A DNA stretch of 48,273 bases from Pelomyxa schiedti. Taxonomy: Eukaryota; Protista; Evosea. This document shows, piece after piece, positions 1 through 12,817 of this stretch. A model generated the notes under the pieces. That model saw nothing but the letters and a program-made list of their open reading frames with translations, was not told the DNA's origin and made no database searches. Made by a program: the position numbers and the translations under genes. The stretch is from the NCBI GenBank assembly GCA_020536535.1, contig JAHLWZ010000497.1, positions 1 to 48,273 on the forward strand. Direction: 5' to 3'. Each line of letters begins with the position of its first letter. Positions within the stretch are counted from its first letter, which is position 1.

Positions 1-4
1 AGTA

Positions 5-322
5 TTGGCACGTGATTCTTCTCGGGTGTATGAAATTATCGGCGGAGGAACTCTCAGGGCACTCTGCACATTGACTCTGAATCGTCTTGTCACTGATACT
101 CTTTTTGTTGCTGAGAGAGAATACCAGGAGTTTGGAGTGTGGGACTTCAGTGGCAGTTCTGAGCAAGTGAAGGTGTTTTCCGTCCCATCATGTGTGTGCA
201 CTGGTCTGGGTATCGCTGGTGATTTTGTTTTTGTAGAGGACAACTACAACAAGGTACATGCTGTTGATCCCGCTTCTGGTCTTGCACTTTTCACGTTACA
301 ACTGCATAAAATTGCTTGTTGA
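5..322 (+). CDS. C-terminal part of a beta-strand-rich (propeller-like) protein, tandem paralog of the gene at 565-1973; 5' part lies outside the window
   Basis: Translation aligns with the C-terminus of the next gene: VTDTLFVAER/VTDTLFIAER, WDFSGSS/WDFSGNS, CVCTGLG, PASGLALFTLQL/PASGLAIFTLQL. Confidence 0.75.
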   Translation: MARDSSRVYEIIGGGTLRALCTLTLNRLVTDTLFVAEREYQEFGVWDFSGSSEQVKVFSVPSCVCTGLGIAGDFVFVEDNYNKVHAVDPASGLALFTLQLHKIAC

Positions 323-564
323 CTGTAAATGAACACCTATTACAGTATTTTGATAACCATTCATTCCATAAAACTTAGCAAAAGAGAAAAATTCATGTTA
401 CTTTAGCAAAATTTAGTTACTGTAGCAAACGGAGCACATCGATCATCCCCAAGTGCACCAAAGATTTCCGAACCCTTTCGTTTTGTGATGATTCGAGTAA
501 AGTTGCTAATCTAATCAACGGACCGCCGTCATTTTTTTTATTCAGCCACTTGCAAGACTGGGTG

Positions 565-1973
565 ATGGCATCATCAACGAGGCTCAAGGTGGGAACACGT
601 GAGATCCATTGGGCGCTCCAACCACGGGTGTACTTCCACGAGCAGTTGCAGGCGCTACTGACGTCATCGCACCCGAGGTGCGGACGAAACAGCCCAGCGA
701 GTGTCCTCCCAGTGTCCCTCATCCGCCAAATGGCCGACATGTGGCGCCCTGGTACCGTTTTCATTTCGAGCTTCACCCCCAGGAACGTCACGCCGAACGT
801 CGCAGTCATTGTGGGATTGTCGAAGCACACTCTGGGAGTGACAACCAGGGATCCCATAATCACACAGCCGGATGTNNNNNNNNNNNNNNNNNNNNNNNNN
901 NNNNNNNNNNNNNNNNNNNNNNNNNNNNNNNNNNNNNNNNNNNNNNNNNNNNNNNNNNNNNNNNNNNNNNNNNNNCCGTTTTCATTTCGAGCTTCACCCC
1001 CAGGAACGTCACGCCGAACGTCGCAGTCATTGTGGGATTGTCGAAGCACACTCTGGGAGTGACAACCAGGGATCCCATAATCACACAGCCGGATGTGGGC
1101 GACGACGTCGTGTGGATGACCGATGATGGCAGCCGCTTCCTGCGGCCTGCCGTGCTTCCCAGTTATGGGCGCCAGGTGCCAGTGCCTGCTGCTGTGTGTG
1201 ACTTTGGGATTGGGTGTGAGGTGCCAATCCCTAAATCAGGAAATTTATGTGCTGTGGAATGCAAAGGCCAGTGGATAATTGATAATTTAAGGTGGAGGAT
1301 GTGGAGGGTGGTGGTTGCTCCTTCTCCCCCTGCTGATGAGCAGTGTGGTGAGAGAAGAGGAAGTGACTGTTGTGAGGTGGATTCTAAAAAGGGATTGTTG
1401 TGTGTGCTGGGGCCAAGGAAGCTGGTCCCCTGCAAGAGCCATGAACGCACACATAACATGTTGTTCAATTCCTTTGTGGGTGATGGCGGCTTCTTTAATG
1501 TGTGTTGTTATGCATGTAATCACAATAACCAGTTCATACACTTGATTGATTCGGCGAGGGCATTTGAAACTGGTGAGATTGTGCCTGTGGATACTGTGGA
1601 GATACTGAAACCTGTGAAACATTCATCCATTTTCCAGATCTTCTGGGGATCCAGGAGGATGTTGGCAACCTCTTGTGCTTTTATCTATGAAATGATGGGA
1701 GGAGGAATTCCCAGGGAACTCTGTTCCGTTAAGTGTCAATGTGTTGTCACAGATACCCTTTTTATTGCAGAGAGACGAGTCGGTACAAATGAGTGCTGTT
1801 TGTGGGACTTCAGTGGCAATTCCCAGGAAGCAAAGGTGTTTTCCCTCCCACCGTGTGTGTGCACAGGTCTGGGTGCTGCTGGTGATTTTCTTATTGTGGC
1901 AGAAGGCTGTACCAAAGCTCATGTCATTGAGCCCGCTTCTGGTCTTGCCATTTTCACGCTGCAGTTACTCTAA
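565..1973 (+). CDS. ~395 aa protein with an N-terminal SOCS/F-box-like motif and a beta-strand-rich C-terminal region
   Basis: ATG at 565. Removing the 100 N and one copy of the 121-bp duplicated flank gives 1188 nt in one frame (MASSTRLK...LQALLTSSHPRCGRNSPASVLPVSLIRQMADMW...FTLQLL). Domain names are pattern-based inference. Confidence 0.7.
755..1096. other. Assembly gap 1 (N 876-975) with a 121-bp sequence duplicated on both sides
   Basis: 755-875 is identical to 976-1096, typical of an unmerged contig overlap. Confidence 0.9.
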
Positions 1974-2062
1974 AATAGATGAATTTCTCTTGCTCGGTTC
2001 ACGTTACACAGACATTAAACGAAATCGATGATGCTGAAAAGAAGGGGTTTTTCTTTCTCTCT

Positions 2063-4216
2063 CTACTCGTGGTCCTCCCACAGTTTTGGGTTGTGGTCCC
2101 TCAGCCACAACCGGCTGGCGAATTCGAACTCAGGGACCTGTGCGGCAAATTCCATTACGTCATCCATTGTCAGCCCATCAGGGAACAGCCTGAGTGCCGA
2201 CTGTGCAACGACCGGTGAATGCAAGACCAGAGGAAGCAACCTCTGCTTGATCATCGTGGCTGTGATAGCGCCTGGGAACTGCCTCAGTATCATCTCCCAC
2301 GTGAACAAGTCAAACCTGTACAAGGGAAACGGTGCGAATGTGAGGCTCAGCACCTTGGGGGGAAAGTGAGAATGAATGTTGGCAAGATTGTGGTTTTTTT
2401 TTACCTCGTCCAGAGTGATGTGGAACCTCTTCATGAGCCACTCTGCACAACTCTCTTTTCCATTGGTAATCAGGTTGAACAGAATCGTGTTGCTTCCAGA
2501 TGTTACGTGGTTGTGGTCAAGCTGGAAGTGTGTGATCAACCACTTGACTACTTTGCTTGATCTAAACCCCACCGCAAGGCACCTTGCAACAGAATCTTTG
2601 GTGAAATCACCCATGGAGATAATCTTCTTGGCTTGTGTGATGCCATCACTGCAAATACTCTCTTCAAGGATGGCAACAAGGAGGTCTGTCCTCGTTGGTT
2701 CACTGACTGTGAACTTCTCAATGAGAAGAAGTGGAACTGTTGACAGCCTTTTGTTGAGGAGTGTCTTTACAGTTTTCACAATCACACTCTCCTCCAGGCA
2801 TCTCATTTCAGGGTGCTTCAAGAGCCACTCAACACCCTTCACACTTTCGTCGTGTGTGCCAAGTTCTTTACAAACCTTCCAAAGGAAGTCACTGGCTGTG
2901 AAGCTCCAACGACTGAGTTGCTTCATGATGTTGAAGGTCTCATTCAACCACGTGGCAATTGATGTGTTGTCTCTGGACAACGCCGTTGCAAGGGAGTTGC
3001 AGAGGTCCTCTGGTGAGAGTGTCACCTTTGTGGACAACCACCTCACCAGTGCAACACCTTCTTTGGCCTTTGTTCTGCAGGCTGCAATGAGAACCTTTGG
3101 TGTTGGATTGATTGAGAACTCCTCAACAGCAAACTTTACCAACTCAAGGCCACCTTTTCCTTTGCAGAAAAAGACCAGGGAATCTTGGTTTGGGATTGCT
3201 GATGGAAAAGCGGCTGTTACCCACTTAAGAACGTCCACCCTGTGAACAGTTCTGAGTGGATTTCCTCCCACAGAGACCTGCCCAGCAAGGTATTGACAAA
3301 TATAAACGCAGTACATTTTCCCATTCCACCACTCTCTCAGGTAGTTTCGCCCATCCAGAGGGAACACATCAAAGCACCACTTCACCACTTCCAAGCTTTC
3401 ACTCTTGCATGCCTTCTGGTGGACTGATGGGCATCCATCGTAGTGCCTGAAACTCTCACCCAAGTGAAAGGTGTTGAACAGCCACTGGGCCAGCTCCAGG
3501 TGGCCATGAGACAATGCACCACAAAACGGACCAACAAACTCCCAAGGATCCCTGATGTTGAACCTCTCAACAACCCACTTTGCAACATCCATGTGCCCAT
3601 TCTTGCACGCCCTCTTCAGAATTCCAGAATCCCTCACGTGGTCCCCAATCCCACCACACCCAACCTCACCACCATGAGAACCGTCACCCACAATTCCGTT
3701 GCCGCCCCCGCTGCTGCTGCTGCAGCTCCTCCACGTGAGTCCACAACCAGGCCACCTCCCGTCAACCAGAGTCTTGGCCATTTCGAGGTGTCCACCACCA
3801 CACAATCCCCCAAGGACCCAAATGACCTCCTTGTTGTTGTTTTTCCTGCTGCTGGTCCGCACCTCAGCAACGGCACCCACAATCCCGTCCCACTCGCCGC
3901 CTTCGCCATCATCACGATGTTTCACCGTGTGTCTGTTAGTGATGAGCCAGTTGACACACGAGGTCGCGCCGGCCTCCGCGGCCGCGTCGATTGCGAGGTG
4001 GTGGGAGGCATAGTGGCGCAAGAGGGACGAGGACACGAGGCCGACGAGGGGGAACACGCCCTCCCCCACCCGGAACATCGTCACCGCGTGTTTGGTGTCC
4101 ATCGCGAGAGACATGGACGCTGCGGGAGCGAGTGGGTGCGTTTGCGATTGTGGGACCAGCCACGGCATCACCCACTCCCAAACGATCTTGGACAACGATA
4201 CAACGGTTGTTGCCAT
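2063..4216 (-). CDS. Ankyrin-like repeat protein, family copy 1 (~700 aa)
   Basis: Repeated ACKNGHMDVAKW / ALSHGHLELAQW / GGGHLEMAK motifs. A 51-nt in-frame GT-AG intron at 2354-2404 (GAG|gtaaaa...ccaag|GTG) matches the intron in the other copies. Confidence 0.85.
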   Translation of the reverse strand: MATTVVSLSKIVWEWVMPWLVPQSQTHPLAPAASMSLAMDTKHAVTMFRVGEGVFPLVGLVSSSLLRHYASHHLAIDAAAEAGATSCVNWLITNRHTVKHRDDGEGGEWDGIVGAVAEVRTSSRKNNNKEVIWVLGGLCGGGHLEMAKTLVDGRWPGCGLTWRSCSSSSGGGNGIVGDGSHGGEVGCGGIGDHVRDSGILKRACKNGHMDVAKWVVERFNIRDPWEFVGPFCGALSHGHLELAQWLFNTFHLGESFRHYDGCPSVHQKACKSESLEVVKWCFDVFPLDGRNYLREWWNGKMYCVYICQYLAGQVSVGGNPLRTVHRVDVLKWVTAAFPSAIPNQDSLVFFCKGKGGLELVKFAVEEFSINPTPKVLIAACRTKAKEGVALVRWLSTKVTLSPEDLCNSLATALSRDNTSIATWLNETFNIMKQLSRWSFTASDFLWKVCKELGTHDESVKGVEWLLKHPEMRCLEESVIVKTVKTLLNKRLSTVPLLLIEKFTVSEPTRTDLLVAILEESICSDGITQAKKIISMGDFTKDSVARCLAVGFRSSKVVKWLITHFQLDHNHVTSGSNTILFNLITNGKESCAEWLMKRFHITLDEVKKNHNLANIHSHFPPKVLSLTFAPFPLYRFDLFTWEMILRQFPGAITATMIKQRLLPLVLHSPVVAQSALRLFPDGLTMDDVMEFAAQVPEFEFASRLWLRDHNPKLWEDHE

Positions 4217-4232
4217 TTCCTTTTAGGCGAAA

Positions 4233-4560
4233 TCAAACAATAAAAACAACAGCTGGGTTAAATTTAGATTGACACCCAAGTGTGGAACTCAAACTGGGGT
4301 TTCCTGGCAAGGTGCAATCACCCAGGCATAACCCAGAGAGGCAATCATGAACTGTGAATGTGATGTCAGTGGCATCAGGATCCTTCACGAGATCATAGGT
4401 TGTGGATGCAATGATTCCTCCTTGTCCCTTGCTTGTAACCACCATGGTGCATGGGACATACAGCATTGGTTCAGTGAGGTCATTGCCACTGTTGTACACC
4501 AGTAACTCAACTGCACCTCACTGTCCCACAATTTGCCAAGAGGGTGGGTGTATGCCCGAT
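4233..4560 (-). pseudogene. Possible decayed fragment of a protease-associated (PA) domain gene
   Basis: Reads KRSGIHPPSWQIVGQ*GAVELLVYNSGNDLTEPMLYVPCTMVVTSKGQGGII, loosely like the PA-domain GAxxVxIYN...P.V.IS pattern, with an in-frame stop and no clear start. Confidence 0.2.
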
Positions 4561-4814
4561 CGCTTGTGACTTGTCATCCTCACTCTTCTCAGCGACTGGT
4601 GTCGTGACTGCCATGGGGAAAGAATTTAGTGGAGCCTCCACTCTGTGCTGGGTGATGACTGTATGCGGATTCACAACAAGTAAGTACTAACATCCCGCTC
4701 AGACACCAAGGTCGATTTTGGCGTTCCAGGATCCTTCAGGTGATTATAAGTTGCTGGGATGCCACTCACGGAGCAGAGGGATCCCAAACTTGGAAGTAGA
4801 TTTTGTTTATTTAT

Positions 4815-7084
4815 TTATGAAACATTGAATGGTTGGGGGAGTTCCACAGTATGGTGTGTGTCACCATCTGTGTTGGTTACTGCTGAACTATCGGTAGTAT
4901 CTTGAAATACTACTCTGGTAGATACTGTACAATCCGAGTTATTGTCGGTGTTAGCTGAATTGTCTGTGTCCTGTGGGAATACTGCTCTGGTGGGTATTGT
5001 TGTTTCGGAATCCTCCGCCGAGGATTGTGGGATTGTGGGAGGAGGCCCTTCTCCGGTGTTTGCGGAAGTTGGAAGGGATTTGCCGGAATTCCCAGCGGAG
5101 TCACTGAGGAATTCAATTGGATTGTCATCAGAGTAGGCCGGCGGGGCAGCTTCCTGCAATAGTAATTTGCAACGAAGCATTTCCATCTCTATCACGATCG
5201 GCGAGCTATTTTCCGTCTTCGTGACAGTGAATTGTGACTGGCATTATGTTAGATGGAAGAGGATGGAATATGGGAATGAACCTCCGGTTCGAGCAGAATT
5301 TCCTTCTCCTGCGGAACCATTGAGTATGGTGCGAGGTTGTAGCCCCATAAAGCACCTTTGACCAGGAAAATTGTGCCTGTTTGGCCGCAGTTTCCAGTGG
5401 CAAACCGGCAAGCCATATCGTGGTCGGTTGATGTTGAGGATAGAGTATGCCAGGTTACTTTCTTTCCGGGAGAGTAGAGTTTCCCCAAGGTGAGCTTTTT
5501 TGTTATCCCGCGGTAGACTTCGGGAGTGGGAACAGCAGGAAGTTTCCTCAAAGCTATCAGAAGTAGCACAAGGAGATGAATAACTTTCGTCAGATTCTCC
5601 AGTGTGGGCTCAAGCAAGGCTTTATTGAGGACTCGGTAGGAGTTTCCCTTGTTTCTAAATTAGTATCTTCAACAAAAAGGAAGAAATACATACCTCTATA
5701 AGAGTGCTGGAACCCAAATCGTATGTATACAATGCAATAACAGCAATGTCTTCAAGAGTTAGAAGTCCTCTCCTGTGCATCTTGGATATCACGGAGCTCG
5801 CTTTGGACAGGCATGCATCAACCACATCTTCAGCACAGGAAATGTTGGCTTCTTGCACAGCTTCAATAAGAGACACCAATGACGGGTTTAATAAAGCGGA
5901 TGACTTCCAAACGTTTAGCACCAGGTCGACATGGTCAAGAGTTGTCTTTTTCGTACTAGAGGAAGCAGCTGTGGGCTCAGTAACCTTTGGCTTCTTCCCT
6001 TTGACAAGAGGTGAGGAAGTTGGGGCCGTTAGAGCTGAAGGGGTTGTTGATATCGTAGTTATTGGAGGTTTATCAGTACTCAGTTTTATTGTTTTATGGC
6101 GGCTGGTGTCTACTGTTAGTTTGGGGATATTAGGTCGTTCGTTTTCAGTGTCGGCATGAATTACTGGTGTCTGTTCCCCGCTGGAACTAGACTTTTTGTG
6201 AGATATTACAGGCACAGAAACTACAGGAGTTAGTGAAGCCGGCTTCACTTCAAACGGCGGACTCTCCTCACTGGAACTTGATTTGGATTTGTTAAACACT
6301 AGTTTTGGTTCTCTCTTCCTGACGGGAGGAGGAGATGGTGATACCGACGGTGATGAGCTTTTTAGTGTGGTTTCCACTCCACTCGGCTTTGCTGAATCCT
6401 CCTTATTCCATGGTGGTGGTGATTCCGGTTCCACGGAACCCTTCCCATTATGGTCATCACACTTATCACCCTCGGCACCAACATTTGCTTCTGCTTGTGA
6501 TTGCTTCGTTTTTGAAAATGGCCAGACCCACCCCAGCACGCCGGCAAGTGATGCCAATGAAAATTTCGATGACGACGAGAACGACCAGGGGGCGATTTCG
6601 GTTTTGGCCGCGGATGTGCCCTCGCCGTCATGGGGCTGGTCCGCGTTGACGCCACTCCCCTGCGTCGGTTGGGGTGGTGGTTGTTGTTCGGTGTCGTGAG
6701 GGTGAACGGGACCATCGGCAGTCGATGNNNNNNNNNNNNNNNNNNNNNNNNNNNNNNNNNNNNNNNNNNNNNNNNNNNNNNNNNNNNNNNNNNNNNNNNN
6801 NNNNNNNNNNNNNNNNNNNNNNNNNNNGCCGCGGATGTGCCCTCGCCGTCATGGGGCTGGTCCGCGTTGACGCCACTCCCCTGCGTCGGTTGGGGTGGTG
6901 GTTGTTGTTCGGTGTCGTGAGGGTGAACGGGACCATCGGCAGTCGATGGCGTAGTTGGCGTGTCGGTGTTGGGTTGGGGGCAAAAAGGTCCCGAGTCGCC
7001 GTCGTCGAGGAGGGACTTATGGGAGGGGTGGCTGGTGTTGGCCTCGTCGTCGTCAGACTTCTCCTCTTCCTCTTGCCCAGAGGA

Positions 7085-7129
<45 letters not shown>

Positions 7130-7192
7130 CACGTCGCCGTCGCCGTCGCCGTCGCCGTCGTCGACGTCCCACCCTGAAGTAACGACACTCAT
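4815..7192 (-). CDS. Intracellular NAD:arginine-type ADP-ribosyltransferase (R-S-E clade) with long acidic and Ser/Pro-rich disordered flanks, ~688 aa
   Basis: Motifs IALYTY...YRVLNKAL, VYRG, WHTLSSTS and PQEKEILLEP. Phase-0 introns at 5648-5693 and 5238-5281 join three ORFs. Collapsing gap 2 joins the acidic N-terminus (ATG 7192, aaaATG context). Confidence 0.8.
6607..6948. other. Assembly gap 2 (N 6728-6827) with a 121-bp sequence duplicated on both sides
   Basis: 6607-6727 is identical to 6828-6948; same overlap length as gap 1. Confidence 0.9.
7087..7160. repeat. Coding hexanucleotide microsatellites (GTCCTC)n and (GTCGCC)n
   Basis: Directly visible; they encode the (ED)n and (DG)n tracts of the ART N-terminus. 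Confidence 0.9.
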
Positions 7193-8111
7193 TTTTCGTT
7201 CGTTGAACGTGTCAAGATCTGTATCAACGAATTCCGCTCGACAATCACAACCGACACAAGACGGAGAAGCTGTGCAGCGCTCGCGAGCGCGAGGCGGAGC
7301 GAGAGGGACCAGGCCCAGGGGGAATGGGGATGTTTGTGTGCACACGAGGAGGATGCAGGGCTGCCCACAGGCTTGGGGGGGAAACCCGAAGCCACACAGA
7401 GTAAACGGCGGCCGGCCGCACAACACGGTGCAGTTTATTCGTCTGGGTCGCGCGTGCACCTGGCGGGGGGGCGGGGGGCGGGCACGGCGAAGGGGACGCG
7501 GGAACGCGGGAACGCGGGGAGCGGCTGTCCCGGCCCCGCGGTACTGGGCTAGTGCTGCTGCTCGTCGTTGCTTGGTGCTCGTTGTCGACGTGCGTTCTGT
7601 TCTCGTCGCGGAGTGCGCGTCGTCTTTTGTGGCGTTCTATATTAAACCCCTTTTTATGTTCAGATTCTGGAGTTGTGAGAGCCCTGAGGAAACAAACTCA
7701 GAATAACTTCGAGAGCAACCACACAGTAATTGGCACAGTTACTTCGCGGTGCAGGCTTGTCAGTGTCTCGACCTGCCAAATTGAGATCTAGAATTTTCTA
7801 CTGTTGCATCTCAAACAAACCAAACAAACATAAATAAAAAAAAAAACTTGGGCACGCCGGTGCCGCACGACAGGTACGGATCTACTGCGTAACCATAACA
7901 GCACAACAAATACATAATCGACGTAGCATGTACCCCACTGTATGTGGTTTTTCCATCGCCAACTGCACCAATAATAAATTATAACACTCAAACGATGCAT
8001 ATCACGCATGGCGATAACAACTACATTACGCTCATCGATTTTCGTAGTCACCCTAAACGAACTTACTCCTCACTTGCTTTGGTGCACGTGTATTTTACAC
8101 GGCAGCAGGCA

Positions 8112-8734
8112 CCGCTCTCAACAGCAAGGTAGTCTTTATTATATTCACACCATTACTAACCTTATCTCAGAGCCGGCTCTGATTTGGCTATTATCAAATG
8201 ACAAATTGACATCATCAAACCCTTCTTCTTCTTCTTCTTCCTCCTTCAAAAGCAAGCCAGCCAGCAGCAGCAAAATCTCGCGAAATCGGTGCTGGACCGA
8301 CGGTGATGGAGTTCTTTGGAGAGGGATTGGGTAGTGGTGGTGCAAGGAATGTGAATCCCACCCCACTTTGCACGACCCAGTTTCGCCCCTTGGCTCTGCA
8401 TGATCCGCGGGAACCCACCAACAGCCCCCCACCCACCCACCACACCCCATCAGCTCAGCAACACACCCCAAGTCAACAACAACAACCACCCTCATGCACG
8501 CAGTCATTTTTCCCATTCCCGCTCTCAACAGCAAGGTAGTCTTTATTATATTCACACCATTACTAACCTTATCTCAGAGCCGGCTCTGATTTGGCTATTA
8601 TCAAATGACAAATTGACATCATCAAACCCTTCTTCTTCTTCTTCTTCTTCTTCTTCTTCTTCTTCTTCCTTCAAAAGCAAGCCAGCCAGCAGCAAAATCT
8701 CGCGAAATCGGTGCTGGACCGACGGTGATGGAGT
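8112..8734 (+). repeat. Two direct copies of a ~200-bp unit (8112-8312 and 8519-8734) containing a TCT microsatellite and an intron-like segment
   Basis: Near-identical sequence from ccgctctcaacagcaag to gacggtgatggagt; the copies differ in TCT and AGC repeat number. Confidence 0.9.
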
Positions 8735-9120
8735 AACCCCACCAAAGCCGAAACAAAAACCGTTACGCTTTCACGTAATTTTGATGCGCGCCGCCCTCCG
8801 AAACCGTGGTGCAGAACGACGAAGGGGGTTTCTCAGGATCGAACTCAGATTAGAAATACTGACAATGAGGGCTCAGTGCTGACGGTGTGCAGAGTGCAGG
8901 GCATGTAGAAGGAGAGGAGGGGAGAAGGCAGAGAATACGGGGAAGTCCATCACTTTCTCGTTTCGTTGTTTTTGTTTTGGTTGGGGTTAGCGTCGAACAG
9001 TGGTGGGCGATTTTGATTTTGTTGTACGAGTTGTTAGCAGGGAAGGAGTGACGCGAGGCAACATCAACACAGCGAACCCATAGTTACTTACATACAAGAA
9101 TACAATTTGCACATCAGGGA

Positions 9121-12279
<3,159 letters not shown>

Positions 12280-12817
12280 AGGAATGAATGTACCCCTTTT
12301 TCCTGTTCTATTCCGGCTGTTCCTTCCCTTCAAGGAATTTTCTTTTTTTTACCGGCTAGCCCCATAATAACAGAGGGCCGGACCACAAACAAAAACCGCG
12401 GAGGGGACATCAAGGAAAATCAGTTCTTGCGCTTGGGGTATTTCTACAGCTGATGACCGTAAGGGATGGCGTAGATTTTTTGCTGATTGCAAACTAACTC
12501 CAATGCCTCGTGGACTCAGGCCACTGGCCAGTCCCAATTTTTGAAACAAATCTCTTCACGAGATTTCTCAACAAAGAAAAAAACCAAGTACTACAAAGAC
12601 TTGCTAACAACCCTTCTTCACTCCCGCCGTATTATAATTCCATTTTCGGGTCATTCTCGTTGTTGCGTCTCACGAGAGCTTCCGCCATTCTGATCATCTT
12701 AAAAATATTCAAAACAACGATCATCAGATCAACGAATTATTCGTTGTCAACGAAATTCCACAGTAGTGGCACGACCGGGGTGTGAGATTTGGGTCGTCGG
12801 CAAATAATATATAGGAG

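Noticed and set aside
755-1096. Apparent internal tandem duplication in the gene at 565-1973
   Set aside because: An exact 121-bp copy on both sides of a 100-N gap, with the same length as at gap 2; collapsing it restores one frame, so it is an assembly overlap artefact.
2354-2404. 17-aa insertion VKKNHNLANIHSHFPPK in ankyrin copy 1
   Set aside because: It is a 51-nt in-frame intron matching the intron in the other three copies. The same applies to CNLLSIHKTLISQHR in the kinase ORF.
3443-4272. Long antisense ORFs over ankyrin genes (also 19883-20534 and 23738-24586), RPL4 (42506-43481) and the RS exon (33917-34513)
   Set aside because: Shadow frames of GC-rich or repetitive coding sequence, with no recognisable motifs.
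4500-4530. In-frame TGA as possible selenocysteine or readthrough in the PA-like fragment
   Set aside because: No redox motif, no SECIS-like element and no start codon were seen; decay is the simpler explanation.
6607-6948. Apparent repeat or frameshift in the ART N-terminus
   Set aside because: Same 121-bp overlap artefact.
8832-8848. tRNA T-arm-like sequence (ctgagttcgatcctgag, minus strand)
   Set aside because: The stem has a mismatch, and no acceptor, D or anticodon arm can be built.
12349-12785. Short ORFs between CUL3 and RALGAPB
   Set aside because: No consistent spliced model or recognisable domain could be built; a small gene is not excluded.
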